Of a DNA stretch of 64,000 nucleotides, positions 1 through 9,042 are shown in pieces. Source of the stretch: Bacteroidota bacterium (GTDB taxonomy: Bacteria > Bacteroidota > Ignavibacteria > Kapaibacteriales > UBA2268); assembly GCA_021824625.1 (NCBI GenBank), contig JAKAKE010000179.1, positions 16,060 to 80,059 on the forward strand. The letters run 5' to 3'. Position numbers and translations under genes: made by a program. Under the pieces are notes generated by a model, which worked only from the letters and a program-made list of their open reading frames with translations, ran no database searches and had not been told where the DNA came from. Each line of letters begins with the position of its first letter. Position 1 is the first letter of the stretch.

Positions 1-172
1 TAATAATTTTACTCTTTGGAGTGAATACAAACCTTCCGGGAAAATCAATCCACTCTCTGATTGCAGGAATAGTTTTCGGTTTTTCCGAAAATAGTTGAGT
101 ATGCTGTATTAATATTATAATCAAAAATAGAAGAATAAATATTTCTCTAATTGAAAATTTGGAATTATTCAT
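1..172 (-). CDS. partial CDS (N-terminus only, continues past window start); secreted protein of unknown function
   Basis: ATG at 172-170 (minus) opens MNNSKFSIREIFILLFLIIILIQ..., a hydrophobic signal-like N-terminus. Frame stays open to position 1. Absent from ORF track because it is truncated. Confidence 0.35.
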   Translation of the reverse strand, partial: MNNSKFSIREIFILLFLIIILIQHTQLFSEKPKTIPAIREWIDFPGRFVFTPKSKII

Positions 173-235
173 GATTATTAATTGTATTATTTCAAAGATA
201 AATATAAATTCAAAATTCAAAATTCAAAATTACTT

Positions 236-1222
236 TTATGCTTTCTCCAGCAGTTTCATAACTATTTCATTCGGGCTGATGTTGTCTGCTTCAGCATTGA
301 AATTAGTCACAATTCTGTGACGTAGAACCGGTGATGCAACAGCACGCACATCATCTATATCCGGTGTGTATCTTCCCTGCATGGCTGCTCTCGATTTTGC
401 ACCGAGAATTAAATATTGGGAAGCCCTTGGTCCACCACCATAACTGAGATAATCCTTGATGATTTGCTGTGAACCGTTACCGGGCCGGGTGGAGCGGACA
501 AAATTAACTGCGAAATCAATAACATTATCGGCAACGGGAACCCTCCTAATTAAATCCTGAAATTCAATAATTTCTTTTGCATTGAGTATCTTCTTCACAT
601 CAGGAGAATACTCTGCAGTTGTTGTTTTAACGATTTCCTTTTCTTCAATTGTCGAAGGATAGTCCAACCATATATTAAACATGAATCTGTCAAGCTGTGC
701 TTCAGGCAAAGGATATGTTCCTTCCTGCTCGATTGGATTTTGAGTAGCCAATACGAAGAATGGTTCTTCAAGAGTGTATGTCGTACCTGCGGCTGTTACT
801 TTATGTTCTTGCATAGCTTCCAACAAGGCAGACTGCGTTTTTGGCGGTGTTCGGTTAATCTCATCAGCAAGAATGATATTTGCAAAAACAGGACCTTTGA
901 CAAACCTGAACTGCTTTTGGCCAGTTGAAATATTATCTTCTATTACTTCAGTACCGGTTATATCTCCGGGCATCAAATCGGGAGTAAACTGAATTCTGCT
1001 GAATTTTAAATCGAGAGCCTGGGATAATGTTGAAATTAACAGTGTCTTGGCTAAGCCTGGCACACCGATTAGCAAGCAGTGCCCGCGTGCAAATAATGCA
1101 ATTAATAATTGTTCGATGGTTTCTTCCTGTCCGATAATAACTTTTCCGATTTGCTTCTTAACATCCTTTATTGATTGAGAGAAATTTTGTAAAATTTTTA
1201 CATCATCATTATTTATGCTCAT
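236..1222 (-). CDS. MoxR-family AAA+ ATPase
   Basis: 328 aa. Walker A GVPGLAKT and Walker B ILLADEINR, with typical MoxR length and N-terminal layout. Confidence 0.9.
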   Translation of the reverse strand: MSINNDDVKILQNFSQSIKDVKKQIGKVIIGQEETIEQLLIALFARGHCLLIGVPGLAKTLLISTLSQALDLKFSRIQFTPDLMPGDITGTEVIEDNISTGQKQFRFVKGPVFANIILADEINRTPPKTQSALLEAMQEHKVTAAGTTYTLEEPFFVLATQNPIEQEGTYPLPEAQLDRFMFNIWLDYPSTIEEKEIVKTTTAEYSPDVKKILNAKEIIEFQDLIRRVPVADNVIDFAVNFVRSTRPGNGSQQIIKDYLSYGGGPRASQYLILGAKSRAAMQGRYTPDIDDVRAVASPVLRHRIVTNFNAEADNISPNEIVMKLLEKA

Positions 1223-1435
1223 TTTTAAATCCTTTAGTTTATAATTTTTTCAATTAATAAAGAAATAATGCGATAAGACGCTTTCATTGAAATTAAATTG
1301 AGTTAAGTAACATAGCAACAAAAAGTACACAATTTTAGAATAAATTAAGGCTTGAAACGTTATATGTTTTGATTTTAAATTAGTTTGAGCTAAATTTGAA
1401 TGTAGTTATATTAAAGCAATTTTAGAAAAGATAAT

Positions 1436-1669
1436 ATGAGATTAAGTGAAGCGCCTCTGAATGTTGAGTTGAGAATAAGTGAAATCAAAACCAGCAAAGA
1501 AATGAAAAAAAAATTAAATACTCTTGGCATACAGACTGATGAATTATTACTGAAAGTTTATGATGCCAGATGGGGGCCAATACTTGTCAAGCCTCTATCA
1601 AACGGCAATTCCAAGATTGCTATCGACAGGAACGTTGCAAAGAGTATAAAAGTAAAAAATGAAAACTAA
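1436..1669 (+). CDS. feoA: FeoA-family ferrous iron transport protein
   Basis: 77-aa small SH3-like protein. Overlaps the feoB start by 11 nt. Confidence 0.75.
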   Translation: MRLSEAPLNVELRISEIKTSKEMKKKLNTLGIQTDELLLKVYDARWGPILVKPLSNGNSKIAIDRNVAKSIKVKNEN

Positions 1670-3578
1670 AACAATAGCATTAGTAGGCCAGCCAAATGCA
1701 GGCAAAAGCACTCTATTTAATGTTCTATCTGATATAAAAGCTTCTACATCAAATTTCTCCGGCACAACAGTTAAGCTTAAAGCGTCCCAAATTAATATAT
1801 ACGGTGAAACCTATAATCTAATTGACCTTCCGGGTGTTTATTCATTGAATCCAACTGATGAAGTGGAAAAACATACTTTTGAATTTCTCCTTAATTCGGA
1901 AGTTAATCTTATAGTCAATGTAGTTGATGCCTCGCTTCTCGCCAGAAGCCTGGAAATGACAGTAGAGTTAGCAGAACTAGGAATGCCCATGATTGTTGCT
2001 CTCAATATGCTCGATGAAGCCGAGAAGCATGGTTTAAAAATAAATCCCCGAGAACTTGAAAATATTTTGAATGTCCCTGTCATTCCAACAGTTGCCGTTT
2101 ATGGGAAAGGCGGGAAAGATTTGGTTGACAGGATTTACGAAGTTTTTTCAGGAAGAACTGCAATTCCTCTATACCCTGAGTATACAAAACATCTTGAACA
2201 TGATATAGACAAATTGGCAAGAAGCATAAAACCGCTTGTTTCCGATATGAAGGGTTCAGCAAGGTTCTATGCAATTAAATCAATTGAAAATCCGACACTC
2301 ATACCTCTTTCAGTTACTTCAGAAATCCAATTACAAAGAGACACAATTGAGATGGAACTATCTAAGAACCATCACAAGGATGTTTTTGAAACAATACATC
2401 ATGAGCGTCATCATCAGGCTATGAAAATAGCGGAGAAGATTTCAACATTTACGGAAAGAAAGCAAAGGGCTTTCAGTGAAAAGTTAGATGATTGGCTGTT
2501 GCATCCAATATTTGGCTATGCTTTTTTGTTGAGTTTTTTCGTCTTGTATTTCGCTCTTATTTTTATTATTGGAAGTTTTATCGGTTCATTGGTCGATGCT
2601 CCTATACAAGCATTGGCAGGGCTTTTTGAACCATTAAAAGCAACACAACCTTTTATATGGCATACAATAAACGGTGCATTCATGGGCTTTGCGGGGATTT
2701 TTGGTATTGTACTACCTTATTTTCTGCCACTTGTTTTTCTTACGACAATTTTTGAAGACCTCGGTTATCTTTCACGAGTTGCATTTCTTATTGATGGCAT
2801 CATGCATAAAATAGGATTACATGGGAAATCGGTTGTGCCGATAATACTCGGATTCGGTTGTTCGGTTCCTGCATTGTATGCCACAAGGCTTATTGATAAC
2901 AAACGAGATAAGATGGTTACCGGGGTCCTTATACCATTTATTCCCTGTTCAGCGAGAATATCTGTAATATTTGCATTGGCTGCGGCATTTACAGGACCTT
3001 TGTGGGCAATAGTAATTTTTGTTTATTTGATGTTAGTGATTGCTGTAACAGGGCGTATCATGACGGTTTTTCTGAAAAAACCGACCGGCTTCGTTATGGA
3101 AATACCAACTTTAAAGATACCCTCAATTAAGTATTCTTTTAGAAAAACATGGTATCGTATTAAGGGTTTTTTGAAAGATGCCTCTTTGTTTCTTATGGGT
3201 GGAAGTATTGTCCTTGGCTGGTTTGAATATTTCAAATTAGGCAACTTCATAAATATGGCATTTGCTCCGGTTGTAAAATTCGTACTCGGATTACCTATGG
3301 AATTAGGCTCAACGCTGGTTTTCGGTTTTCTCAGGAAAGAACTGATTATTGTGATGATGAACCAGGCTATGCATACTTCGGCATTATCACAACTTCCTTT
3401 ATCAGTCGGACAGGTTATAGTGTTTATCATATTTGTGTCTTTATATTTTCCTTGTTTGACTACTTTTGTTGTAGTATGGAAAGAACTTGGATTTAAAGGT
3501 GTATTTTTATCATCAATGACCAGTATAATTGTTGCAACTACTTCGGCATTTTTATTTAAATTAGTTTTGAATATTTAG
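1659..3578 (+). CDS. feoB: ferrous iron transporter FeoB
   Basis: 639 aa. N-terminal G-domain (GQPNAGKST, DLPG, NMLD) followed by a polytopic membrane domain. Confidence 0.95.
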   Translation: MKTKTIALVGQPNAGKSTLFNVLSDIKASTSNFSGTTVKLKASQINIYGETYNLIDLPGVYSLNPTDEVEKHTFEFLLNSEVNLIVNVVDASLLARSLEMTVELAELGMPMIVALNMLDEAEKHGLKINPRELENILNVPVIPTVAVYGKGGKDLVDRIYEVFSGRTAIPLYPEYTKHLEHDIDKLARSIKPLVSDMKGSARFYAIKSIENPTLIPLSVTSEIQLQRDTIEMELSKNHHKDVFETIHHERHHQAMKIAEKISTFTERKQRAFSEKLDDWLLHPIFGYAFLLSFFVLYFALIFIIGSFIGSLVDAPIQALAGLFEPLKATQPFIWHTINGAFMGFAGIFGIVLPYFLPLVFLTTIFEDLGYLSRVAFLIDGIMHKIGLHGKSVVPIILGFGCSVPALYATRLIDNKRDKMVTGVLIPFIPCSARISVIFALAAAFTGPLWAIVIFVYLMLVIAVTGRIMTVFLKKPTGFVMEIPTLKIPSIKYSFRKTWYRIKGFLKDASLFLMGGSIVLGWFEYFKLGNFINMAFAPVVKFVLGLPMELGSTLVFGFLRKELIIVMMNQAMHTSALSQLPLSVGQVIVFIIFVSLYFPCLTTFVVVWKELGFKGVFLSSMTSIIVATTSAFLFKLVLNI

Positions 3579-3682
3579 TTTGATTTAAAAAATAAATTTG
3601 ATTTAGAAAATTTGAATTTCGTAATTTCGTTTAATGTAAAATTAAAATTTTGTTAAAACACAGACAAGAATTTGGAGCGGCT

Positions 3683-4351
3683 ATGAAGGGTAGTGAATTA
3701 TTAACCCAGTCAGTGCAGGATTATTTAAAAGCAATTTATAAACTTGAGGGCAAAGGTGCTGTTTCCACTACGGAACTCTCAAGGGAATTAGAGGTATCAG
3801 GCGCCTCGGTTACCGGTATGTTGAAACGTCTTTCAAAAATGGGATTGGTTGATTACAATTCTTATAAAGGTGTTAAATTAACTACCAGGGGCGAAAAAGT
3901 TTCTTTGGAAATTATTCGTCACCACAGACTGCTTGAATTGTTCCTCAAAGAAGAACTCGGATACAAACTTGACAGGGTCCATGAAGAAGCATGCAGGCTC
4001 GAGCATTTTATTTCTGAGGAGTTTGCTGATAAGATTACCGATATACTTGGTAATCCCAAATTTGACCCGCATGGGCATCCCATACCTACCAAAGAGGGAA
4101 AAATGCCAACAATTCATGAGGTAGCATTATCTAATGTTGAACCGGGGAAAAAGACTGTAATACGCAGATTATCGGACACAGACCCCAAATTGCTTGGTTA
4201 TCTCGAAGAAATCGGTTTAACACCAAATACAAAGATTTCTGTTTTATCAAAAAGTCCGTTTAATGGGCCAATAACTATTAAACATGCTGAAACCGAAAAA
4301 GTTATCGGTTACGAAGTTGCCGGAAAAATATTTGTGGAAGTTGTGAACTGA
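3683..4351 (+). CDS. DtxR/MntR-family metal-dependent transcriptional regulator with C-terminal FeoA/SH3-like domain
   Basis: Winged HTH plus the HHRLLELFL dimerisation/metal-binding segment typical of DtxR. The track ORF starts at TTG 3650; the in-frame ATG at 3683 is preferred. Confidence 0.85.
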   Translation: MKGSELLTQSVQDYLKAIYKLEGKGAVSTTELSRELEVSGASVTGMLKRLSKMGLVDYNSYKGVKLTTRGEKVSLEIIRHHRLLELFLKEELGYKLDRVHEEACRLEHFISEEFADKITDILGNPKFDPHGHPIPTKEGKMPTIHEVALSNVEPGKKTVIRRLSDTDPKLLGYLEEIGLTPNTKISVLSKSPFNGPITIKHAETEKVIGYEVAGKIFVEVVN

Positions 4352-4536
4352 TTTCATAGAATTTGTACTGATTGTTCTTCAAGAGTTAACAGATAATAAT
4401 TAACAGGAAATTATTGCAATTCTCCTTTTATGTAATCTTTTTTTATTCTTTTCAATTATTTCCTATTAATCAATAAAATATTAAGTATTCCGTAATTAAA
4501 ATTTAGTTAATTCTAATATATTAATTGCAGGACAAA

Positions 4537-5949
4537 ATGAAAATAAAATATTTTTGGATTTGTTTACTTTCTTTAAGCTGTATTTATACTGCTGATATTC
4601 ATGCACAAGCCGACATTAAAGCAAAAGACCTTGCTACAGGATTGGATACACCGTGGGAAATTCTCTGGGGACCCGACGGAAATATCTGGATGACAGAAAG
4701 ATATGGAAGAGTAAGTCGTGTTAATCCCGCAACCGGTGATGTTATTGAAATACTAAGTATTCCTGAAGTTCTTGAAGATGGTGAAAGAGGATTGATGGGG
4801 ATGGTTCTTCATCCCCAGTTTTATTCTCCTGTACCGGAGATGCCCGCTTATCCTTATGTGTATTTAATTTACAATTATGGTACAAAAGATAATACCATGA
4901 TAAAAGTTGTCAGATATACCTATACTAATGACAAATTGGGATCACCTTTTGAATTAATAAAAGACATTCCCGGTGCATGGAACCATGACGGCTCAAGGTT
5001 GTGGATTGACCCGGATGATTGGACATTGTATTTTACAATGGGTGATGCGGCTGTAGGAGACAGGGCCCAAAATCTCAGCAGTTTAAACGGAAAAATACTC
5101 AGGATGAATCTTGACGGAACAATTCCTTCAGACAATCCCTTTCCCGATAGTTATATCTGGAGTTGGGGACATCGCAATCCACAAGGTCTGGTAGTTGCAA
5201 ATGGCAAGATATATAGTTCTGAACACGGGCCTGATACCGATGATGAATTGAATATCATATACAAGGGTAGAAACTATGGCTGGCCAATTGTACGAGGTTA
5301 TTGTGATACACAAAACGAGCAGGCTTTTTGCGAAGCTAATAATGTCGTTGAACCGATTGCCGCATGGACTCCGACAATAGCTGTGGCAGGTATTGATTAT
5401 TATAATTACGATTTAATAAGTGAATGGAAAAATTCGATACTGCTTGTTGCCTTGAAGGGTTCTAAACTGGTTCAAATAAAACTTGATGAAACCGGGAACC
5501 ATGTTGTTTCACAAACAAATTATTTTTCAGGAAAATTCGGAAGATTGCGTGATGTATGCATTTCACCTGACGGAAAAGTTTATATAGCAACCAGTAATAA
5601 GGATGGCAGGGGTAGTCCGGCAGCAGTTGATGACAGGATAATTGAAATAACACCTGCTGCATTAAAAAAAAATGACGAGAAAGATGAATTAGATGAAATT
5701 GAATTTTACCCAAACCCTTTTTCTGATAAAATTAATTTTAATTTAAACGATTATACCAATAATTGTACTGTAAACATATTCGATATCTTTGGAAATAATG
5801 TAAGAGAATTAATTGCTAATAATGCTCGTACCATTATCTGGGATGGTAAGGACAATAATGGATATGTTGTGAGCAACGGGATTTATTTTATAAGATTTAA
5901 TAATAAAAATGGTTCCGGAATAAGCAAAGTGATTAAGACAGGTTTCTGA
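4537..5949 (+). CDS. PQQ-dependent (soluble) sugar dehydrogenase with T9SS C-terminal sorting domain
   Basis: Motifs GLDTPWEILWGPDG, GHRNPQGL and EHGPDTDDELN. Signal peptide begins at ATG 4537. The C-terminal ~80 aa (FYPNPFSD...GIYFIRF) resembles a Por/T9SS tail. Confidence 0.85.
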   Translation: MKIKYFWICLLSLSCIYTADIHAQADIKAKDLATGLDTPWEILWGPDGNIWMTERYGRVSRVNPATGDVIEILSIPEVLEDGERGLMGMVLHPQFYSPVPEMPAYPYVYLIYNYGTKDNTMIKVVRYTYTNDKLGSPFELIKDIPGAWNHDGSRLWIDPDDWTLYFTMGDAAVGDRAQNLSSLNGKILRMNLDGTIPSDNPFPDSYIWSWGHRNPQGLVVANGKIYSSEHGPDTDDELNIIYKGRNYGWPIVRGYCDTQNEQAFCEANNVVEPIAAWTPTIAVAGIDYYNYDLISEWKNSILLVALKGSKLVQIKLDETGNHVVSQTNYFSGKFGRLRDVCISPDGKVYIATSNKDGRGSPAAVDDRIIEITPAALKKNDEKDELDEIEFYPNPFSDKINFNLNDYTNNCTVNIFDIFGNNVRELIANNARTIIWDGKDNNGYVVSNGIYFIRFNNKNGSGISKVIKTGF

Positions 5950-6015
5950 TTTTTTCTATAATCATATCATTACTGAATTTGTGATTAACAAATAATTAGT
6001 TTAATTTTGTGCAAA

Positions 6016-6088
6016 GCCAACATAGCTCAGCTGGTAGAGCAGCTCATTCGTAATGAGCAGGGCGTCAGTTCAAATCTGACTGTTGGCT
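6016..6088 (+). tRNA. tRNA-Thr (anticodon CGT); hybrid gene with a host-derived 5' part and a prophage-supplied 3' part
   Basis: Hand-folded 73-nt cloverleaf. Acceptor GCCAACA/TGTTGGC, D stem GCTC/GAGC, anticodon arm GCTCA-TTCGTAA-TGAGC, T arm GTCAG-TTCAAAT-CTGAC. Confidence 0.9.
6044..6061. repeat. attL core (TCATTCGTAATGAGCAGG)
   Basis: Exact 18-bp match to 62633-62650. Spans the anticodon loop, the 3' anticodon stem and the start of the variable loop of tRNA-Thr. Confidence 0.85.
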
Positions 6089-6207
6089 CTCCTTATTTAA
6101 TTAGTATTTATGAGATTTAACCTTTATTACTACTGTTAAGTAGTATATTCTAAACTGCCCTGAATTGCCCTAAATCGTACTTGTAAAAGGTCGAAATATG
6201 GTCGCCA

Positions 6208-6486
6208 TTATTTGAAAGCAAATTGTTTGAAATATTTTAATCTTGCTCTCCTTAAAATTTCATCTATTAATTCAGGTCTTATAAGTTCCGGAGGATTAAT
6301 AAAAATTTCATTTTCATTAATATTATCATCAAAAAGAATTTCAAAATTGTCTACATTGAAATTATAATTATTAAATTCTTTTATTAGTCTATCCCTTGCT
6401 AATACTTCATCGAAATTATTTTCTAAAGCAATCTCATGTCTCCATTCATTTAATCTTAATCTAATACCACCAATCAAATTTTCCAT
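6208..6486 (-). CDS. hypothetical protein (between attL and int)
   Basis: 92-aa ORF, co-oriented with and 15 nt downstream of the integrase gene. No recognisable motif. Confidence 0.5.
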   Translation of the reverse strand: MENLIGGIRLRLNEWRHEIALENNFDEVLARDRLIKEFNNYNFNVDNFEILFDDNINENEIFINPPELIRPELIDEILRRARLKYFKQFAFK

Positions 6487-6501
6487 GATTACTCCAATTA
6501 A

Positions 6502-7500
6502 TTATTCTTCAACCAAATTCATTATTTCTTTTTGCTGATAATGAGTATATATCTCTGTTACCTCAGGCGTCTTATGTCTCAACAACCACATAGCATATTC
6601 CTTTGGGATTCTCCTACGAAGTAACTTCATTCTGAATGTAACTCTGAACTCCTGCCAGCTTCTACCTCGTGCATCAATCTTTAAATCTTTATTTGCAATC
6701 CGAAGCTTCTTATTCAGAAACCCTGCACCCCTATAAGTCCATCTCCAAACCTGACCATCTCTCTTTGGGAGTGACTGTAAAATTGATAATGCTTTTTTAG
6801 TTATAGGTCTCGGTTCATCATTCTTTGTTATTTTATTTTTCCATATAATTAATGGTTCTTCCGGTTTAATTTGGGATGGTGTTAAAGTAAGACAATCAAC
6901 AATTCGGGCACCGGTCTCAAGCATGAACTCTATTAATAAAGCAACTTCATTATCCCGGGACCGGAAATAAGTAAGATATTTTTCAATCTCCTCATCCGAA
7001 TAACTTTCATTCTCTCTTTCAGTTTCCTTTTTCTTATAATCCGATTTAAATGTTGTTCGTTCAATCCATTTTTTTTTAGCACAAAAATTCAGGAACACCT
7101 GCAGGTTGGTTAAATAAGTATTTATTGAAACAGCACCATGCTTGGTTGTTTTTAAATAGTTCTGAATATCCTTTTCAACTTTGTCAACATCGAGATAATA
7201 ATTGTCGGTTATAATGGATTTAAAAGCATTCTGATAATTCCTCCTGGTCTTATCATATAAATTAATTTTAAAAGCCAGGAACTCTTTGAATGCATCATTT
7301 ATTTTTATTCGTTGAGTTCCGAGATTTCCGAGTTTGTTATAGTTCATCCACATTTGTTCGAGCAGAAGCTCGGACATTTCCCATCCCTTTTTAGTAGCCT
7401 TAAGACCTGTGGATTTCTTCTTACCTTTGAATTTGATATAAAGATGTCCCTTGTCTTCGAAAATACTACCTGGATAGGTTCTGTGTTTCTTACGGGGCAT
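6502..7500 (-). CDS. int: tyrosine-type site-specific integrase
   Basis: 332 aa. C-terminal catalytic region has TGARIVD (Arg), LLRHK (His/Arg box) and EIYTHY (Tyr). Adjacent to the tRNA att site. Confidence 0.9.
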   Translation of the reverse strand: MPRKKHRTYPGSIFEDKGHLYIKFKGKKKSTGLKATKKGWEMSELLLEQMWMNYNKLGNLGTQRIKINDAFKEFLAFKINLYDKTRRNYQNAFKSIITDNYYLDVDKVEKDIQNYLKTTKHGAVSINTYLTNLQVFLNFCAKKKWIERTTFKSDYKKKETERENESYSDEEIEKYLTYFRSRDNEVALLIEFMLETGARIVDCLTLTPSQIKPEEPLIIWKNKITKNDEPRPITKKALSILQSLPKRDGQVWRWTYRGAGFLNKKLRIANKDLKIDARGRSWQEFRVTFRMKLLRRRIPKEYAMWLLRHKTPEVTEIYTHYQQKEIMNLVEE

Positions 7501-7508
7501 AAATTGTT

Positions 7509-7907
7509 TTAATTTGGTAATTCTTTAATAGCTCTAGGTGTAATTTCAAAAGCTAAAGTTTTCTTGGTATTTAGAATTTTATCAGTAATATTTTCCCAAT
7601 GTTTTATTAGAAATTTTACTAATTCCCAATATGTATAACTATTTTTTTCTAATTTAATAAAGAATATTCTTATTCCACATGAACGACACAATTCATATTG
7701 TTGTTGAATTCTCTGAATCCTTTTATCATTAGTAATTAAAACGCCTTTTTCATTTGCAACTTCTGGAATTATTACTTCATCGCTTGCACCAGAGCCAAAT
7801 TCATCTATTGTGGCAAAAATTTCAATATTACGCTTATTAGGTATTTCTAAATATTTTATACCTAAAATTAAAGAATGTGGGATATTCTCATCAAAATATA
7901 TTTTCAT
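7509..7907 (-). CDS. DUF5615-type PIN-like putative toxin (VapC45-like)
   Basis: 132 aa. N-terminus MKIYFDENIP and GASDEVII...VLITNDKRI match the DUF5615 pattern. Overlaps the upstream DUF433 gene by 4 bp. Confidence 0.6.
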   Translation of the reverse strand: MKIYFDENIPHSLILGIKYLEIPNKRNIEIFATIDEFGSGASDEVIIPEVANEKGVLITNDKRIQRIQQQYELCRSCGIRIFFIKLEKNSYTYWELVKFLIKHWENITDKILNTKKTLAFEITPRAIKELPN

Positions 7908-8581
7908 GCGGCTTTTTCAAAAAAATTTATTGAATCATTTACACTTTTAATATCTATATTATATAATCTGGCAATAAAATCTTTCTTTTCACCACCTTTA
8001 TAAAATAAATAAATTGTTTCAGCCTGTATATTTGTATTTTTAATAATAGGTTGTCCAAATTGATGATGTGGATCAACAACTATATTTTTGTCTCTTCCGC
8101 GGGGCCAAAATCTTTCTGCTAAAAATGTCGAATCAAAATCAATTTTTTTTATATAATTTTCTATGATTTTTTTTATAGCTATTTGTTGAGTTGGATCAGC
8201 TTTAATAATTGTTTTATTTTTATCAGGACTATAAAATATTTTATTTTCATCACTCGAAATATAAGTAGTAGCAAATGGATACGGATTTCCAATATCCTTT
8301 GCAATTGTTTGATGAGCAGTAATTATTTGTTGAGAACTTATTTTTTTTTCTCTTAGTTTATAAAACACAAAAAATTCAATTAACATATAAAAATCCATAG
8401 CTAATTGACGACCAGAACCCCATGAATAACTGATATCTTCAGTTTTCATTCTGTTATTCCAGTAAGTTCCATGCCATCTTCTAACTTTATCTTGAGGTAA
8501 TCCCAAAATAAGCGATATATCCGGTACTGTATAGATGCCAGCCCCCAGTCGTGGTTTTGAAATATTTAAAATATCACTCAT
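7904..8581 (-). CDS. DUF433-type putative antitoxin with N-terminal HTH (VapB45-like)
   Basis: 225 aa. N-terminal segment GIYTVPDISLILGLPQDKVRRW looks HTH-like. C-terminal FGQPIIKNTNIQAETIYLFYKGGEKKDFIARLYNI resembles the DUF433 core. Confidence 0.6.
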   Translation of the reverse strand: MSDILNISKPRLGAGIYTVPDISLILGLPQDKVRRWHGTYWNNRMKTEDISYSWGSGRQLAMDFYMLIEFFVFYKLREKKISSQQIITAHQTIAKDIGNPYPFATTYISSDENKIFYSPDKNKTIIKADPTQQIAIKKIIENYIKKIDFDSTFLAERFWPRGRDKNIVVDPHHQFGQPIIKNTNIQAETIYLFYKGGEKKDFIARLYNIDIKSVNDSINFFEKAA

Positions 8582-8641
8582 TAGAGACGCTTAATTGTAA
8601 AAATGATTTATATAAAGTAAAAATTATGCCAAATTACATTA

Positions 8642-9025
8642 TTATCTTTGATGTTGCCAACAATATCTACTACCTGTTTGAGCATTTCTTTTACATTGAG
8701 TACCTTTTTTAGTTGTTGCTTGACATCGCATAGTACCATCTGTATTAATACCTTCAGATTTCTTTTCTTTAACAACTGATTTAACAGGTTCATCAATAAC
8801 AGTTTTACTTTCTGATTCAACTGTTCCGGTACTCAACTTATCAATTTTATTATCTAAAACGATAAGTTTAGCCATCAAATTATTAATCACATCCTTTTGC
8901 TCATTCAAAGCTTTTTCTAATTGATTAATTTTGGTTTCTAATTGGCTGATTTTATCATCCTGAGCAAAGGATGAGGACAACAAAAGAACAAAAAATAAAC
9001 ATGCTGATAAAAAGAGATTTTTCAT
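8642..9025 (-). CDS. small secreted coiled-coil protein with C-terminal Cys3-His tail
   Basis: 127 aa. Signal peptide MKNLFLSACLFFVLLLSSSFA, heptad-like middle region, and C-terminus CQATTKKGTQCKRNAQTGSRYCWQHQR. Confidence 0.7.
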   Translation of the reverse strand: MKNLFLSACLFFVLLLSSSFAQDDKISQLETKINQLEKALNEQKDVINNLMAKLIVLDNKIDKLSTGTVESESKTVIDEPVKSVVKEKKSEGINTDGTMRCQATTKKGTQCKRNAQTGSRYCWQHQR

Positions 9026-9042
9026 AAAGCCTCCTGTAAATA

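Noticed and set aside
740-992. Two plus-strand ORFs (62 and 72 aa) inside the MoxR gene
   Set aside because: They are antisense to a strongly supported AAA+ ATPase gene.
3023-3430. 135-aa minus-strand ORF inside feoB (also 1838-2083 and 2080-2274)
   Set aside because: They are antisense to a strongly supported FeoB gene.
6208-6486. Excisionase assignment for the small gene between attL and int
   Set aside because: No HTH or winged-helix pattern is visible. The 14234-14506 product fits the excisionase-type HTH better, so this gene is left as hypothetical.
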